NCBI GenBank assembly: GCA_005772895.1
Contig: SXIH01000011.1
Location: 4,371 to 68,370, forward strand
DNA: 64,000 nucleotides
Direction: 5' to 3'
DNA from: Bacteroidota bacterium
GTDB taxonomy: Bacteria; Bacteroidota; Bacteroidia; 2-12-FULL-35-15
Shown here: positions 60,989 through 64,000 of the stretch, piece by piece
Layout of the letters: every line of letters starts with the position of its first letter
How positions within the stretch are numbered: position 1 is the stretch's first letter
Translations under genes and position numbers: made by a program
The notes under the pieces: model-generated
What the model saw: only the letters and a program-made list of their open reading frames with translations
Databases searched by the model: none
What the model was told of the DNA's origin: nothing

Positions 60989-62158
60989 TTATCCGGGAGC
61001 TTGGGAAGCTGCATTTTTGTCTATCGACCTCCGCATAGCACTTATTACATAAATGGCTAATAAAACCATAAAAATAGTTGCAACAACTGCAATTACAACA
61101 ACTCCGACTTCAGCACTTAAGATAGCCCAGCACCATACGGCACAAGTTAATGCCATTAAAACAACAGCCATTAGTACTCCAAGAAAAGCATACAAAGCAA
61201 TAAGCGCAGCATTATCAATTTTCGATTCTTTTTCCACAATATCAGATGAGATAAATTGGCTAGATGTGTTGTTTTGTTTATCAATTAGCCCAAAATGATT
61301 TTTTTCAATCATATATCCAATTGGGCTATTTGTTGGATTGTTATTGCCAATATTGTTTCCTATTACTGTCATCAGCATTAAAGATGATAACGCAATAGTG
61401 GCTTTTGCAATTTTGTTTCTGAAATACAATTTTAATGGTTCTGACTTGTTAGTTCTTTTTTGTTTTATTAATGCAATAATTGCCAAAAGAAGCGTTCCTG
61501 AAAACAAATAAGATGAATTTATTGAAAAATGATATCCCATATCATGAAAATTTTTTCCAATCCCAATTCCCAATAATGCTATAATGGTTTGAATTACACC
61601 GATGAATATTTTCGTTTTAAATTTATTTTTTGAGGCCCAATTTGAAATGTTCAAAACAACCGATTGAAATTTTTTTGCTAAACCGATTATTGAAAAACCC
61701 ATAATTACAAATAGTCCAAGCAAATTTAAATCATCCCAATTTTTCTTTCTCCGATTTTTTTTCACATAAAGTTGTGTTTTTTTTATTGTTGAAGAAACTA
61801 TTGTTGTACTATTTTTAATTTGCTTCTTATTATGACTGTCAAACGAACTAGCGTTTTTCTTCTGCTTTGATGGATTGTTGTTCTCTGGTAAATTATTTAA
61901 TATTTCATTTTTTGAAAATTCTTTTGAAAAAGATTGGTAAGGCTTGTTGGTGAACGTTTTTGAAGAGGTGTTTACTATTTGCTTAGGGGTAAAGTTTTCA
62001 CTTTCTTGTGGGTTGGATGGTTGAAGTTTTGCAATTTCAATATGATACCCCTTGAAATATTTTCTTTTTTCAATATGAAAATTGCAGGAAATAAATACTA
62101 ATAAAATGAAAAGAAACCCTGTTTTTTTTAGCATAATTTTAAGGTGTTGATGCACCAA
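60989..62158 (-). CDS. hypothetical membrane protein with a low-complexity N-terminal region
   Basis: 389 aa. Asn/Lys/Ser-rich first half, several TM helices in the second half. Confidence 0.4.
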   Translation of the reverse strand: MVHQHLKIMLKKTGFLFILLVFISCNFHIEKRKYFKGYHIEIAKLQPSNPQESENFTPKQIVNTSSKTFTNKPYQSFSKEFSKNEILNNLPENNNPSKQKKNASSFDSHNKKQIKNSTTIVSSTIKKTQLYVKKNRRKKNWDDLNLLGLFVIMGFSIIGLAKKFQSVVLNISNWASKNKFKTKIFIGVIQTIIALLGIGIGKNFHDMGYHFSINSSYLFSGTLLLAIIALIKQKRTNKSEPLKLYFRNKIAKATIALSSLMLMTVIGNNIGNNNPTNSPIGYMIEKNHFGLIDKQNNTSSQFISSDIVEKESKIDNAALIALYAFLGVLMAVVLMALTCAVWCWAILSAEVGVVVIAVVATIFMVLLAIYVISAMRRSIDKNAASQAPG

Positions 62159-62164
62159 AATTAC

Positions 62165-63550
62165 TTATATTTTTACACCCATAATCAAAATATCATCAAT
62201 CTGCTCAAGCTCCCCCTTCCAATCCTCAATGGTTGATTCCAGTATTTCTTTTTGACGTTCCATTGATTCATTGCGTATCTCCAATAATAATTTTTTGACA
62301 TTTTTATCTTTGAATTTTTTTGCTTTTTGTCCGCCAAATTGATCAGCATAACCATCTGTGAAAACATAAAGCAAATCTCCTTTTTCCAATTTTATTTCAT
62401 GATTATCAAAATTCTGAATGGCATCATCCATGAAAGAACCGATTGGAAATTTATTTCCTTTTATTTCTATAATCTCATTATTTCTCAATATCCATAACGG
62501 ATTATAAGCACCGGCAAATTCTAAAGTCATATTTTTTTTGTCAAGAGCACACAATGCCAAATCCATTCCGTCACGAATAATGTTTTCTTCATCAGTACCC
62601 AAAGTTCTTGAAACTCCTTTATTTAGTGAGTTTAAGAGCAAATTTGGTTTCGAAAGACCATATTCATTCACCGATTGATTTAAAATATTTTGGCCTACAA
62701 TACTCATAAATGCCCCTGGTACACCATGTCCTGTACAATCAACAGCAGCAAACATGATTTTATTACCCCATTCGGTTACCCAATAAAAATCTCCGCTAAC
62801 TATATCTTTAGGTTTATATAAGATAAACGAATCTGGTAGCAGTCTTTTTACTGTTTTGTCAGGGGGCAATATTGCGCGTTGAATTCTTCTCGAATAATTG
62901 ATACTGTCTAAAATTTCTTTTTGTTTTATCTCAAGTGTTTTTTTCTGAATATCAAGTAAATTATTTTTCTCGTCAAGATTGCGTAGAGCTGTATTCTTAG
63001 TGTTTTCAAATACAATGGCTACTAAATATAAAATTAAAATCAAACCAATATTTGTAGTAAAGCTGAAAATGTTTTTATATTTTAAATTATATCCTTCAGG
63101 AAAAGAATAGCCATCAATATATAAACAATAGAAACCAGTTAGCACCAATGAGCAAATTACTAAGCAAATAATTCCGCCCCTTTTCCCGGCAACTAATAAA
63201 GCTACAATAGGAGTGGAGGCAATCCATGGTGTTATAAACGACTCATATCCTTTAGTAAAATATACAGTTATCGCAATTGAAATTATGCATACTAAAAAGA
63301 AAAATATATGTATAAATTTTGGAAGAATTTTGTTTTTAAAAAGCAATAAGCAGCATATTGAAACAATGAATAATGGGACTTGAGAATATAAGCCTCCTGC
63401 ATATTCGAATAAAATGGAAATAATAATATAGTTAATATTGAAATAGGCTACAACCAATAAAGTACCTACAGTAATTTTCGCTTTTCTATGCGCCTCCTCA
63501 TTTAATGTGAAATGGTCAGGGATAAAATATTCAATTAGCTTTTTAAACAT
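62165..63550 (-). CDS. multi-TM SpoIIE/PP2C-type serine phosphatase
   Basis: About 5-6 N-terminal TM helices and a coiled coil, then PP2C motifs SGDFYWV, AVDCTGHGVPGAFMS and FTDGYADQFGG. Paralog of the 10452..12437 phosphatase domain. Confidence 0.7.
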   Translation of the reverse strand: MFKKLIEYFIPDHFTLNEEAHRKAKITVGTLLVVAYFNINYIIISILFEYAGGLYSQVPLFIVSICCLLLFKNKILPKFIHIFFFLVCIISIAITVYFTKGYESFITPWIASTPIVALLVAGKRGGIICLVICSLVLTGFYCLYIDGYSFPEGYNLKYKNIFSFTTNIGLILILYLVAIVFENTKNTALRNLDEKNNLLDIQKKTLEIKQKEILDSINYSRRIQRAILPPDKTVKRLLPDSFILYKPKDIVSGDFYWVTEWGNKIMFAAVDCTGHGVPGAFMSIVGQNILNQSVNEYGLSKPNLLLNSLNKGVSRTLGTDEENIIRDGMDLALCALDKKNMTLEFAGAYNPLWILRNNEIIEIKGNKFPIGSFMDDAIQNFDNHEIKLEKGDLLYVFTDGYADQFGGQKAKKFKDKNVKKLLLEIRNESMERQKEILESTIEDWKGELEQIDDILIMGVKI

Positions 63551-64000
63551 CTATTCTATTAAATTGTAAATTAAATAGTAAGAAACAAAAATCCATAAAC
63601 CCTCACCAATGCCTAAAATAATTGCCAGTTTTTTTCCATGAGTAGTCTCGTAAAAAAAAATTGCAGGAAGAAAAAAGCAAATCAACCCTTCTGAAATAAT
63701 TATATACCAAGGTGTGTTTAGTAACATTTTGCATGGATTATAATACCACCAATTGGCATAATATGCACATTGCTCAAAAACAGGAATGAAACATATTCCT
63801 ATTATTAAACAAAGAATCATGGCTTCAATCATTTTTTCTTTTCTGCTTATTAACCAACCTAAGTATCCTACTTGAATCAATACAACGGCCCAAGCAAAAG
63901 GCATATAATTAGGTGAAAACCATATTTTCGGTTCTTCGGGAGGATAAACTAGTGATTTAATATTTTCAACTAACCATTTATCAGCAATAAGCTCTGTAGT
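63551..64000 (-). CDS. multi-TM membrane protein, partial (runs off window end)
   Basis: The reading frame is open from the window edge (…TTELIADKWLVENIKSLVYPPEEPKIWFSPNYMPFAWAVV…) to the TAG at 63551-63553. That TAG directly abuts, in frame, the ATG of the downstream phosphatase. Confidence 0.4.
   Translation of the reverse strand, partial: TTELIADKWLVENIKSLVYPPEEPKIWFSPNYMPFAWAVVLIQVGYLGWLISRKEKMIEAMILCLIIGICFIPVFEQCAYYANWWYYNPCKMLLNTPWYIIISEGLICFFLPAIFFYETTHGKKLAIILGIGEGLWIFVSYYLIYNLIE

Noticed and set aside
1-64000. Search for CRISPR arrays, integrases, transposases, reverse transcriptases and toxin-antitoxin pairs
   Set aside because: I found no regularly spaced direct repeats. No ORF shows integrase (R…HxxR…Y), DDE transposase or YxDD reverse-transcriptase motifs. 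No obvious small paired ORFs typical of TA modules appear.

Overview
This is a low-GC, Bacteroidota-type chromosomal window, probably Flavobacteriia or Cytophagia, judging from T9SS C-terminal sorting domains of both type A and type B, a fused lpxC/fabZ gene and Bacteroidetes-style lipoprotein signals. Content is mostly core housekeeping genes, interleaved with secreted and adhesin genes, signalling phosphatases and one surface-polysaccharide locus.

Housekeeping genes I recognise:
- an ABC-F (Uup-like) ATPase, PhoH, purC, RNase HII and EF-P;
- the lipid A genes lpxA, fused lpxC/fabZ and a candidate lpxD;
- tsaE, alanine dehydrogenase, proline dehydrogenase, aroB, aroA and a MATE exporter.

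Other content:
- a polysaccharide locus: GT4 glycosyltransferase, FkbM methyltransferase, Wzx-like flippase, two tandem Wzz-like paralogs and a Wzy/O-antigen-ligase-like gene;
- a cluster of four secreted proteins with T9SS sorting domains (two type B, two type A); further T9SS substrates elsewhere, including a CotH-family protein;
- three dispersed SpoIIE/PP2C-type phosphatases, each with a different sensor module (TPR plus a predicted TM helix, GAF, and multi-TM);
- a PorX-like response regulator with a PglZ domain.

The six-frame ORF track misses a tmRNA (ssrA) gene at about 54329..54691. It has G3:U70 identity, a tag reading frame giving GESNLSMAA, and a downstream intrinsic terminator. 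It sits next to the T9SS cargo cluster.

Several things deserve a second look:
- an in-frame TGA splitting a T9SS cargo gene;
- a multi-TM ORF separated from a PP2C phosphatase by a single in-frame TAG;
- a glycine/asparagine-rich beta-helix-like protein with no signal peptide;
- a Rieske protein translationally coupled to a TPR-PP2C phosphatase.

I saw no integrase, transposase, CRISPR array, reverse transcriptase or recognisable defence system. Every functional call here rests on motif recognition by eye, not on database searches.
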